This document shows positions 51,723 to 64,000 of a stretch of DNA of 64,000 bases, piece after piece. The notes below the pieces were generated by a model. The model worked only from the letters and a program-made list of their open reading frames with translations, did no database searches and was not told where the DNA came from. Position 1 is the first letter of the stretch, and every line of letters starts with the position of its first letter. The translations under genes and the position numbers were made by a program. Origin of the DNA: Dimorphilus gyrociliatus (lineage: Eukaryota > Animalia > Annelida); contig CAJFCJ010000019.1 of the NCBI GenBank assembly GCA_904063045.1, forward strand, positions 796,570 to 860,569, in the 5' to 3' direction.

Positions 51723-52170
51723 TTACATTCGAAGGAAATCTTAAAAGAAACTAATGAAAAAAATAGACTGAATAATAATATTAATGTTAAGCCTGTAATA
51801 ACAATTGACCAATCGCTCAATACTGCAAAAGAAGCTTATTTCAAAACATCCTCCTACAATATGATTTTTTTAGATGGCATATTGAGTAAAGAACAAGCCT
51901 AATCAGAAAAAATACTACGTGGTAGTTTCTCTCTTTGTAAGACTACCGCATTGCCTATTTCTGCATTATATCCACGTCCATTTGATTATACTAGTGAATC
52001 ACAGGAGATAAAAGACACTGCTTATAACCAATAATCTAATATCCATGAGAAAGTATGTATCTTCATGTTCTATGTAGACGTCAGGTTTATAATCTTCTTA
52101 ACTAACAAGTACCAGGGTAAAATCGCTTAAGAGAATAGTAATCCTACTTTGTATCTATGAATTCGGCTTA
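51723..52170 (+). pseudogene. Possible decayed coding or transposon-derived remnant
   Basis: One frame runs about 150 codons broken only by TAA at three spaced points before a TGA (SKEILKETNEK...VKPVITIDQSLNTAKEAYF...). No ATG start or splice structure found. Confidence 0.25.
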
Positions 52171-53088
52171 AACAGCCTCTATCAAAATCTTTATCAAGTC
52201 TTTATCTGTAAGGTCCATTGCAATTGCTAAAAGACAACAGGGCAATTTCTATCTTTCGTAGACTTAGTTTAGCTTTCGTATAGATTTCGGTAAATAACAT
52301 TTCCGTAAAAATGTATCAATGCTTTGCCTTCCATCCCCCATTCTCCCTCTCTCCCCTTTTCCCCAGCTCCCTTTACTTATAAAACATTAATCGTTATAAA
52401 AGTAAATATATAACTGCAAGCATATTCTCTCTGTCTATCTATCTGTCGCTTTCCCTTTACTTCTCTTTCTCTCCCACTGTCTCTTTCCCTTTGCCTCTCT
52501 TTATCACTTTATCCTCTCCTACGGCTTTTTAGGAGAACAGAAATTATTATTGGGAATAATTATTATTGGAAATAATTTCTGTTGACATTTTGCATCACTA
52601 TTAATCGTCACCAAGCTTCTTATTACTTTTCATAAAAGAGGGAAAAGCGTGTTAGGCATACGGGGTTGCGTTCTTTTTCTCCCCCCGCCCTCCTCTCCCC
52701 TTTTTTTTTGTTGTTTATTACCCTTATCCCCCCTCCCTTCTTTTCCCTTCCCTTTCTTTTTTTTCCTCTTTTATTTTCCTTTATCATAGGGTCAGTAAGT
52801 GGGCTGACGTCACCGTGAGCATTTAGTTTAATTACTTTTGCATATATAACGTTCATATTAAGTAGCGACGGGTCACGATTGTCGTGTGAGATCGTGTTGA
52901 AATGCCGACAATATTGACTTTTACTATAAACTTAGTTTAGCTGCTAAAACGCTGGTGAATAATTCATCCCGGTAGAATTAATTAGGTAATCTCATAAGCT
53001 TGTTGTATTTTTGCGACGTTTGCGAATATAGAATGAGAGATTCGTCTAAACCTGAAATGCGACGGGAATTGTTAAATATTGTTCTTTT

Positions 53089-55094
53089 CTAATCAGTTGA
53101 TGAATCTTCCAAGTGTGGAAAATAAACGGATGGCGTGGGAGCAAATTCTCTTTTTTCTTCCGGTAAATCATCGACTACTTGATAGCAGGAAACTGTACCG
53201 CTTGTTGTTCCACTAACGATGAGCATGGGCTTGGAATGGGGACTTTGTTCTTCCGGAATAAACCTGTTGAAAAGTGATCTTTATGCATTAATCGTCCATT
53301 AATAAATGAATCGACTGCCTACTTGATATCTTCCGGGTCGACGTCAGCAGTCGCTCGATTCTCATACAAATTCAACCACGATCGACCTTGCCCTCCAGCG
53401 TAATGAATACTTTCAAAGTTAGACGCGAGCTGACGGTCGAAAGAATAGATCAAAATCACGCCGGGCCGTTCGTTAGCGACGAACAATAGAGTCTTTTTGA
53501 ATGCCCTGCCCACGTCGACGTTCTCTGTTTCCGGCCCTTTCTTTGCAGACCTGGAACCGGCCGCGCCCTCTGGGGTTTTGTCAATGTCTTTGCCGTTAGA
53601 TCCAAGCACGTATGGAATATGCTTATGAATGTTTTTTTCAATGTCATCACCAGAATCGTATATCAATGACAAATCTGACGCCCGACGGATAGAGTAGCTT
53701 CTGGCCCCGTAGGCGTGCAGAGTTTCGTGCAGTCCATTTTCATCTAGACCGTCAATCGAACTCACTCGTAGCCGACCGATTCTCTCATCGTCATTTAGAC
53801 GCTCTCTCAGTTCATCATTTATAGCGTTTTCTGGAAAGGAGAAAAATCGAACATAATTTTTTTTTAAAAAAAAAAGGAAAGAAGAACGAAAGATAAAAAA
53901 AATCTTCTTAATTTTAAAAAAAAGAACGAGACTAAATAATTCAATGCGAAAAAAATTGTATACACACTTTCTATTAGTTCAGCAATGCTAACACCATCTG
54001 TGAAATTGAGTTTCTCGTATTCCTTCTCTTCACCTTCGTTTGCGGTCAAAATGTATTCTTTTCCTTCAAATTCGAAATATTTTATCGTATCTGGCTGATA
54101 AAGGCTATGTAATGGCAAGTCGCTTAGATGATTGCTTCCATCTAACGAAATACTCAAGTTTGACCAACTTTTGCTGCCTAATCCGTACAGCTCTAAGATT
54201 TCCGCTTTTTCCACATCCATAACCGCAACGGCATTATTTTCTTGTAGACTGATGTAAGCCGTTTTTCCGTCTTTATTCAAGGCTATATACTCAGGCTCCA
54301 AATCCTGGGCAAACGTGGAGCCATTTTTCCTATAAACCCAACGTACGCCTTTGGAAACGTAGTAATCAGCTCTGTTGTTTTAATAAAGGGTTAGTTTGAT
54401 TAAATTCTACGCTAATTATTATTTAAAGGTAATTTTCAATTTACAGATCATTAAATTTTGAGAAATTAGCTCTCTTTAGCTCGTATTGGCCACCGTCAAT
54501 TCGAACAACAGCAATGGAGCCTTCCGGATCAACAAACTGGCCATTTATTACACGCATTTCGCCTTCGACAGCAACTACTAATCTCTTACAATCAGGCGTC
54601 CACTGTAACATATCTGGGACAGCACCTACAGTTACTTCAACCGATAACGCAAGGTCACCAGTTTTAGCAATGTCATAAACAAAAACCTTTCCATCTATAG
54701 GATCCACTTTATTGTCCCATGTGACGGCCAATTTGTCGTCACACACTTCGACGTCCGTCAATTCTCCACCGGCCACACGAGTATAGTGGGTAACGGTTGG
54801 CGAGTATGGGTTGGAAATATCGATGGAATGTATTAAGTCGTTTCCTATTAGTTTGATTTTTTCGCAATGAAATTCACTTATACCCGGTGCTCTATTACGA
54901 AATTAAAACTCACCAACTGTAAAAAGCGCCTTGCTTTTGGCGTGATATGAGCTCTGCTCTGCCACGTCTCGATTATATTCGTACTTCAGGGGTTCGTAGG
55001 AATAAGGAAGGTAGATTGTCGATAATTTCTCTAATCTTATTACACCTGACACTACGCCTAATATCAGAGAAAAAATGAACACTTTGAAAGTCAT
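53089..55094 (-). CDS. msp130-like / choice-of-anchor-I (alkaline-phosphatase-associated beta-propeller) secreted protein, about 555 aa
   Basis: Exons 55094-54914, 54844-54445, 54371-53968, 53830-53323, 53263-53089 (1668 nt, in frame). Signal peptide MTFKVFIFSLILGVVSG and family motifs GAVPDMLQWTPD..LVVAVEGE, DLEPEYI, AYISLQENNAVA, YQPDTI, ILTANEGE, RSAKKGPETE, DPEDI.FIP.EQSP..KPML.VSG..SGTVS. Confidence 0.85.
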
Positions 55095-55380
55095 GATGCT
55101 CTTTCTTAATGCGCATTCATGACTGATTAACTCTCGCATTTTATAGTCACTAACAGCGCCCTTTAACCCCCATTCTAGCCATAAGTGAAGCACGACTAGG
55201 CTGATAATTCGTTACTGGTCATTGTGTATCTATCATAAGTGATATGAAGGACCGTTATCAATTAGAGATAGTATTCTAACTGCAGAACGGTTTAAAGTTT
55301 ATTCTGTTATATGTATACTGCAACGATCGCAACCACACATGGAAAAGAACAATAATAAACAAAGACACGATCTTGAAGCA

Positions 55381-55860
55381 GATAAATATACACATGCATA
55401 TATATATATAATATATAAATTACATTATTATTTATATATTAATATATATACGAATATATTTTATTTTACATATTTGAATGTTCTTAGCTACATATATATA
55501 TGTTCTGTATATATATATATATATATATTATACATATGTTGATCTGTACATGTTCAGGTGACTTTTCGTAACAAAAAAAGAGCAGACCAGTTTTTTTTGT
55601 ATGTAAATTTTGACCAATTTTCCTTAAATATTCAACACATACATATACTTATATATAGCTTTACGCACATATACACATATATATGCATATATAAATATAT
55701 ATATATTTATATATGTGCTACATATATTTATATATATATATGTGTATAAAAAAATATAACTGTATACATATTGATATAAATATATATATTTATGTACACA
55801 TAAAAATAAACATATAAATATATGTAGCACATTATGTATTCATATATTTATACATTTATA
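55381..55860. repeat. Extended (TA)n-rich low-complexity tract between the BET 3' end and the msp130-like promoter
   Basis: Direct inspection. The short ORFs called here are artefacts of the repeat. Confidence 0.85.
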
Positions 55861-56002
55861 ATATTGGATGTGTAGAAAGTAAGCTTATCACACAATTTCG
55901 ATTCGTGAGAAATATGAAGACTAAACCGGCGACCCAGTCGTAGGATAAACAATAAAAAAAATGCACGAAATTTTCTACGCATGTACAACATACGCATTCT
56001 CG

Positions 56003-59000
56003 TCATAGTGACGCTTCGAAATGCGCCATCATATCGCTTTGCGCACTCATATCAATTTGATTTGTCATCTGCAATAAAAAATACAATAAGTAAAATGTGA
56101 CTCGAACATTTTAAATGAAGCTTACAGCTTTACGCCTCCGCCTTTCCTCTTCACGCAATTTTTCCCGATCAATTATCGCAGAATTTGACGGTGACGGAAC
56201 ATTCGAAGTGGAATTCGATTGGAGGGTGGAAGAATGGGCAACAGCTTTTTCCAAGGCCGCTTCCTCTTCAGCCTGTTTTTTCTTGTCAAGCATTTGTTTT
56301 TCTCTCTCTTTGGACAATTTTTCTTGTTGCAAGCGTCGAATCTCTTCTTGCTGCTTTTGGGCATTTTCTCTATCTTTTTTCTCTTTAAACGCTTTCTTAA
56401 ATCGACTAAAATCGTTCATTATATTAGGTTTTTTAGTATTGTCGGTTGAAGATGTCATTTTTGCAAGAGCTGCTAAACCTTTCGGCTTTCCTTCGGTTGT
56501 TGTGTCCTCATCATCGCTTTCACTGCTGCTGGATGCCATAATCGATTTATGCTGTTTTTCAACAACAGTCGGTTGTGCCAGCATGTCACTCAGAGTCGCT
56601 GATGAGGTCTTGGGGGCAATAGTTCCGTTTGATGATTCTGGTATTACAGTTTTTAACAGTTCTGTAGTAGATGTGGGTTCAACGGTTGGCTCTTTTATTG
56701 GTGGATCACGATTCACTTTATTCGGTGATATAGTGATTTTCTAAATAAAATACAATAATTCTGTACATTCCAGCTTACATTTTATTAAGTCCTATAAGAT
56801 ATCTTTTATATATGCATCTCAATTTTACAATCATCATTGTTTGAAATTAGTTACAAGTTATAGCAATTTAATAGAAATGAGTTCGATTACGGAAAAATGT
56901 TTACCTGTCCGGAAGTAGAAACGTGGACTTGGTTCTCAACTCTAGTAGACTTTTTCTTGGCGTCACCTGTGGAAATGGACAATACGCATGCACAAAGGAA
57001 ATTTAAAAAAACTCGTGTGTGTTGCGAGGTAGCGCTATGGAAAATCACGTGTACACGTTGGTTCGTCAATAAATAATTATTTTATTATTGGCTTTTCTCA
57101 AAACAAAGAAATAACACCAGATCAGTCATGTCGATCGTCTAGAAATCACATTAATAATTCTTTCACACACAATTCTAATAAAAAACTATTTACAAAACTA
57201 AACAAATTCTTTTAAAAAAAGAAACACAGTTTCAACAATGGCTATTAAGATTTTTAAAGAAAAGGCGAATAATTGAAGAATGATAAATGATATATTTACA
57301 AGAATGGGGCGGAGGGCCACGAGCGCAGACTGTGTTCCAAGGCCCGAGCTCAATGACCCCCCTTTTGCGTCCCCCCTCATCTTAACATTAAATTAATGTA
57401 AGCACGGCCTCGCAACACACTCTGCGCTCATATATCAAAATACGTCGTCATCCACCGTTAACAAAAAAATATATAGCAAACAATCTTCCCTCTTAGTAGT
57501 TTGCTTTAAAAACTTAATTTTTTTGACTAGTCTAACCTGACTCTGAATCGCTCGAGTCACTCGAGGACGACGACGAACTTCCACTGCTACTATCTGATTC
57601 TGATGAACTACTGCTGCTTTCAGTTAATCGTGAAGCTTCGGCATCTACAACAAAGTAAATAAGTAAAACAAAATGTAAAAAAGTTCTGCTAATTTACCTT
57701 TTTTGTTTGTTGATTTTTTGGTGGTAGGAATTTTGTTGTTGTCCGCAGGTGCACTATTTTCAATATCTTTCTTTTTCTCTGCCAGTTCTTTATTTTTGCC
57801 AGTCGGTTTTCGGGCTATAAAAATAATCATTTATCATATAATTCATTTACCAATTTTTTTAAAACTTACTCCATTGTTTACGAGGTTTCTTTTTCAAACA
57901 AGATAGAACATAAGCTTCCAGCTCTCTTAGAGTAGATGGCTTCAGGGTTTCGAAGTCAATTTCTATCTCATCCGGATTAGAATCGCGCAATGAGGGCTCG
58001 CGCTCTTGAATGATATGAACAACACGTCCCAGTTTATCTCCTGGTAATTTATTTATATCTAATGACAACTGCCTTTTTTCATCATAAGACATGGGCTTTG
58101 CATTATCCTCATCGTCACTGTCGAAAAGGGATGTTGCGTTCTTGTTCTTGACCTTTGAAACTGGTTGTCTTGGTTTTTTGGGCTGTCGAGGCCTCTTTAC
58201 TTTATCTTTCCTAACGCCTTTTCCACCAGCACCTGTACCCGGTTTAGTTTCGGTTTGGGATGCCGATGGTAAGGAATTCATTAATGGCGTCATTGCCACT
58301 GTATTTGTATTCACCGTACTGGAAGGAACCGATGCTATGGGTGGCGCAGGTAACCCTGGGGTTGGATGGACGGCTGGAGTGGCAGATGAGGTAGGAATTG
58401 GCGTTAAGAATGAAACATCAGAGTGAATAGGTTTACGAGCTTTAGATCCTTCTTTAAAAGAAGTATTTGGACGCTTCTTGCCATTTTTGCGACGTTTCTT
58501 TTTCTCTCTACTTGTATTTACCATCTTAATCACCTGTTCGCTTAGCTGTCGTAATTGTTCAGCCATGGCAACTAATTTCTTGGCCCTCTCTTCCTCCTCT
58601 TGTTCTGAATCGGAGGAACCCGTACTGAGTTCCGAATTTGATACGTTTGTTACACTGGGTGCTATACTTTCTGTATCTGTTGGAACTTCTTCAGGCATCT
58701 TAGAAAACTTCGCCTCAAAAACATCCTGCAGTTTGTGTCCCATCACGGCCACTTCGCTGGCCTGTGGATTATATCTATAACAATTATGAAATACTAAGCG
58801 GACGTCTTCTGCGAATTCTTGAGCATTAGCATATTCTCGGTTCTCTAGCTTCGTCTTGATAGTTCCCAAGTCCATAGGTTTCTTTATGATGTCGTGGTAA
58901 TCGTGTAAGCCCAGTAATTTAGCGTCAACTGGTTTGTAGAACGGCCAGCCGTATGCAGAATGCTTTTTCGAAAATAGCTCTTTTACGACGCCTTGACAGA

Positions 59001-60087
59001 ACTTTAATTGTTCACTTAATTTTTCTCGTTTATACTTGGATGAGTGCTGAGCTTGATCGTCTGGGAGATCTTTTCTGGGACGCTTGATTGGTCTCGTGCT
59101 TTCTCTTCGCGTGCCCCCAACGGGACCAGGAGCGATAGAACGGGGGTCTGGATCGTTGAGTTTATCGAAATTCGGATCGAAAATTGATTCGTCCGGCTTT
59201 CGTTTTAATGATCTTGGACAAGGTGTATTAGTACTATCGACATCTATCGGTGTTGTCGTAGGAGTGGGAGCTTGTGCTGGAGGAGGTTGCACAGGAATAG
59301 GAGCCGGAGGTGGAATCTGTGGCACTGGTACGGGCGTTGAAGGCAAACTGTCAGGTGCTTGACCGTTAACAGCGGTGCTAATCACCCCTGATGGAACTGG
59401 TAGGGGGAGTGGGTTTTTAACCACGGAATTTTTCGAAGACGGTTTCTTTCTTTTATGCTGCACTGGCAACTCTACTTCTTCATTTGGCATCTGTGCTATT
59501 TTACTTAAGAATAGTTTTTCTAAAGTTTGTGCCATAACTGTAATATCTTCTCCTGGTTTATTATACACATAACAATTAGTGAACATTCTGTTGAAGTCCT
59601 CGATGCAATCTTTTGCTGAATGGTAGTAGTTCGTCTCCAACCGTCGCTTGATAGTTCCCAAGTCCATCGGCACTCGTATTATCTTATGATAGTCCTGAAA
59701 GTAGCATCGAAAATACAAAAAATAAACTGAACACGTCCTAATAAACAAAATAAAGCTCACAGGCAATTTGAGTTTACTGGCGTCAACGGGCTGATGGAAA
59801 GGCCAAGCAAATTGGTGTTTCCATACAGCCTTCATAACTGTTTTGAGCAAGTATTGAAGTTGATTCGTCAAACGTCCAGGAGTTCGATTTGTCTGTTGAG
59901 ATGAAGCACCTACATCCGTCAACGGAGATGAGTTCGAACGATCTGGGGCACGATTCGCCGAGGCAGTTGCTGACCCGGGATCAGTAACAGGTGAGGGATT
60001 TGAGTGAAAGGGTGTCGCATCAGCCTCACTTTTGACGTTTATTCCAACCGGACTAGCGCCGTTAGTATTTCCGTCTACAGGATCCAT
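56003..60087 (-). CDS. BRD2/3/4-like: BET-family double bromodomain protein (BRD2/3/4/T, fs(1)h), long isoform with C-terminal motif
   Basis: Exons 60087-59761, 59694-57870, 57814-57698, 57644-57537, optional 57380-57300, 56966-56905, 56740-56126, 56068-56003. BD1 ([16 protein letters not shown]), BD2 ([14 protein letters not shown]), ET domain ([18 protein letters not shown]...[13 protein letters not shown]), SEED tract and [24 protein letters not shown]. Confidence 0.95.
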
Positions 60088-60199
60088 TCTTTACCCAAGA
60101 TTATCCGAAAGCTGCCTGTACCGTTGAGCAGCTGTGTTTTACAGCGCTTACCTGTAGGTCAGAATAAAAATTATAAATTGAAATAGTAAAGCGGGAAAT

Positions 60200-62100
60200 C
60201 CCTATGACTCATACTACGCGTATACTATATTATACGATATTCTACAATATCTAACTAATTTTCATAAACAAGTATACGTTATCGATAAGCTAACAAATTT
60301 GCTACAGCAAAAATTGCATTGAAATCCAGTTTACTCCATTTACGCTGGTGAGCGTTAAATGGCAGCCATTTTGCTTGTTCTACTCTACCAACAAAAAATA
60401 TCAGATTCTTAAATAGATCCGCTTTCCAACTTACAAATTTTTCGTTCTTCAGGACCGCGGCAATTTTAAAGTGTAGATGGTACACTTTATTAGGCGTAAA
60501 TCACCGAATATAGTGAGAAAATATTGTTAATACGCAGAGTAACATGGCCGTGCGGCAGTGGCCAGTAGGCGATTTGTAGGATGTGTTTTAGCGCGGCGTT
60601 GCTGAGCGTTTAGGAAAAATGTTGACAAAGTACCATAGAAAAATCATTGGACGACCCTGGTTCGATCCTAGCAGTGCGGATTCTTCTTCCAATCCGTCTC
60701 ACTGATTCGGATATATTCACAACCAGGCTCGAAAACAAAACACAGTTCGGCAGCGTAATACTCAATCCTCGTATAACAACACCGGCTATTGGCTATTGTT
60801 TGTCACGTGATCGAAGCCTTCCTTTGCTACACTTTCTTTAACCGGGCAAATGAGCTTGATAAAACTTCGGATCCCAACTACTCCCTTTAGTATCTTTTAT
60901 TGATAAAGTACAGATAGAAAAATGGATTCAAAATGTAGTTTTGGAGTGAGAATAGCCGTTTTTCCAACTTGCCAAAACGATTTAGTATACTTTAATGGCG
61001 AATTATGTAAAGCGTTTTCTGATTGGTTGACCACTTAGACGTGTGCATAAATTATAACTATAACCTTATTTCTATTTTACGTTATTAGCTAAATTAATTG
61101 TTAAAATGAGTGTATAAACAATATTATTTGATAAATGATTTTACATTTTTTTGACATAATTAAGTGCGGCGCTAAAATAACGAAGTCTAAACGTACGAAA
61201 ATTACTCCTCTTGGGTACGAAAATTTCAAGTAATAAGGAGTTACTTTAGTAGTAAAAAAATACTAGCATTCTCATACACCAGCCTATTGTTAGAAAGCAT
61301 AATATTGGTTAAAAGAAAAGATTTATAAGATCAAAAAAAAAATTATAAAGCTCACAGCTTTAAGTATATATTAGCCAATCAGCATTCTTTTCTGATTATC
61401 ATATGTTTAAAAAAATGCATGTTATGTCAAACAGCTATCGAAACTATTAATTGTACAGAAAAAATAGTTAAGGGAATTATGCCATTGTGAATCGATAGTT
61501 AATATTACCAATCAATTGAGTAAACCCCGACCCGGTATTCCGGATTCGACGCATGCGCATTAAACGCGAAGCGGCCGAGCCGAAATTACTTTTTCTGGAA
61601 CTGTTAGATTATTTCAAGATCGGAGTAAAGAGAAGGTATTTTACGGTTAATATTGTACCTTAACAAACTGTCGACCGAAATGCAAAAACAACGACTTTGT
61701 AGTTTGTGGTATATTTGTCGATGAGGCAATTTCCTCTCTAAATATTTTTATTACTCTAGACTAGCCGCTTTATTCACATCTACGCATGATTTACACTTCT
61801 TTCAATTGTTTCAATGCCTCAAGAATCGATAGAACGGACTAATATGCTCACCAATATTCTATTTCGATAGTTAGTTGCTAACTTCTATTAAGAGCTTATA
61901 AATTCCCTCCAATACAACATATATTGCTATTGAAATAGGCCAAATAAAAACTGAATTGTGCTCTAAAAAAATCATGATCATGCAGTATCCTGGCAATACG
62001 CATGCGCAAAATGCAGGAAATACAATATAATCGAAGATTATATGTTTTAAATATAGCTTATTGAAATATTATTCATATAGTGCGTTTTTTATCCTCCGAT
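60200..62100. promoter_or_regulatory. Divergent promoter region shared by the BET gene and WDR5
   Basis: Head-to-head genes. Several CCAAT/ATTGG boxes (about 61022, 61305, 61376, 61508), NRF1-like ACGCATGCGCA at 61549 and 61998, and a WDR5 5'UTR donor GAGAAG|GTATTT at about 61636. Confidence 0.6.
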
Positions 62101-62165
62101 CGTTTTCGCTATGCAAATTTTTGGCGAAATATGTTTAATAGATTTTATGTTATCGGCAGATTGAT

Positions 62166-63619
<1,454 letters not shown>

Positions 63620-64000
63620 AGACATTAAATCTATATTTCTATCATTAATTTCGATTCATATCATTGTATTATAGAGCATATTACTTTTATGGAGCTTTTT
63701 CAATAAATAAAGAAAATCAAAGAATATTTTCCTTAGAAATATTACCTATAAACTATTGAAGCATCAAACGTAAATAACAAAGGAAATCATGTGTACCACC
63801 TTCAAAAGGTCTCCAGTTGCTTGCAATCTGCAAATGCAACGGCTTTAAAACAATCTGTAATATTAAAGCAGGCAGTAAGAGGCAAATTTATAATAAGAAA
63901 ACAAAGTATCTTTCTCCGGGTTTTAGAGTACAGACGCCACCTACAGGAAACGAATAGAGTATCCTGAACGCATTAAGAAACAAAAACCTGTCAAGTTGAA

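Noticed and set aside
56115-59572. Several long plus-strand ORFs (for example 56115-56744 and 58091-58426)
   Set aside because: Antisense shadows of the BET coding exons.
60655-60675. B-box-like GGTTCGATCC in the BET upstream region
   Set aside because: No A-box at a suitable distance and no tRNA fold; an isolated match.
63760-64000. Possible terminal exons of a minus-strand gene entering from the right edge
   Set aside because: Acceptor-like sites exist, but no consistent frame or recognisable protein could be built within the window.

Overview
AT-rich, gene-dense eukaryotic (animal) genomic DNA with very short introns (mostly about 45-110 nt). No prokaryotic features, CRISPR arrays, rRNA or intact tRNA genes were found. 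The Cav2 sequence (EWG/PFEY N-terminus, ESDDEDWC C-terminus) and the msp130-like gene point to a lophotrochozoan. The extreme compaction would fit a miniaturised annelid genome such as Dimorphilus, but that is inference only. Gene order, hand-spliced from the sequence: 3' end of a GALC-like gene; orphan 165-aa ORF; three diverged 6-exon ZYG11/ZER1-like LRR paralogues; a CUB-like/TM/PPxY membrane protein; MGAT4; BCOR-like; a 60-aa two-exon microprotein missed by the ORF track; SIN1/MAPKAP1; a Cav2 calcium-channel alpha1 gene of at least 19.4 kb (probably about 22.5 kb); MED29; msp130/choice-of-anchor-I-like; BET bromodomain gene; WDR5. The most striking element is the splicing architecture of Cav2. 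It has a candidate mutually exclusive exon pair in each of the four voltage-sensing domains, one of which neutralises an S4 gating charge. It also has up to three candidate cassette microexons in the IVS3-S4 loop, Rbfox motifs and an exon-looping inverted repeat next to the alternative exons, a minor-spliceosome (U12) intron with rare AT-AA termini, and three phase-compatible upstream exons giving a long N-terminus. All exon structures are predictions from splice consensus, reading phase and protein homology recalled without database searches.
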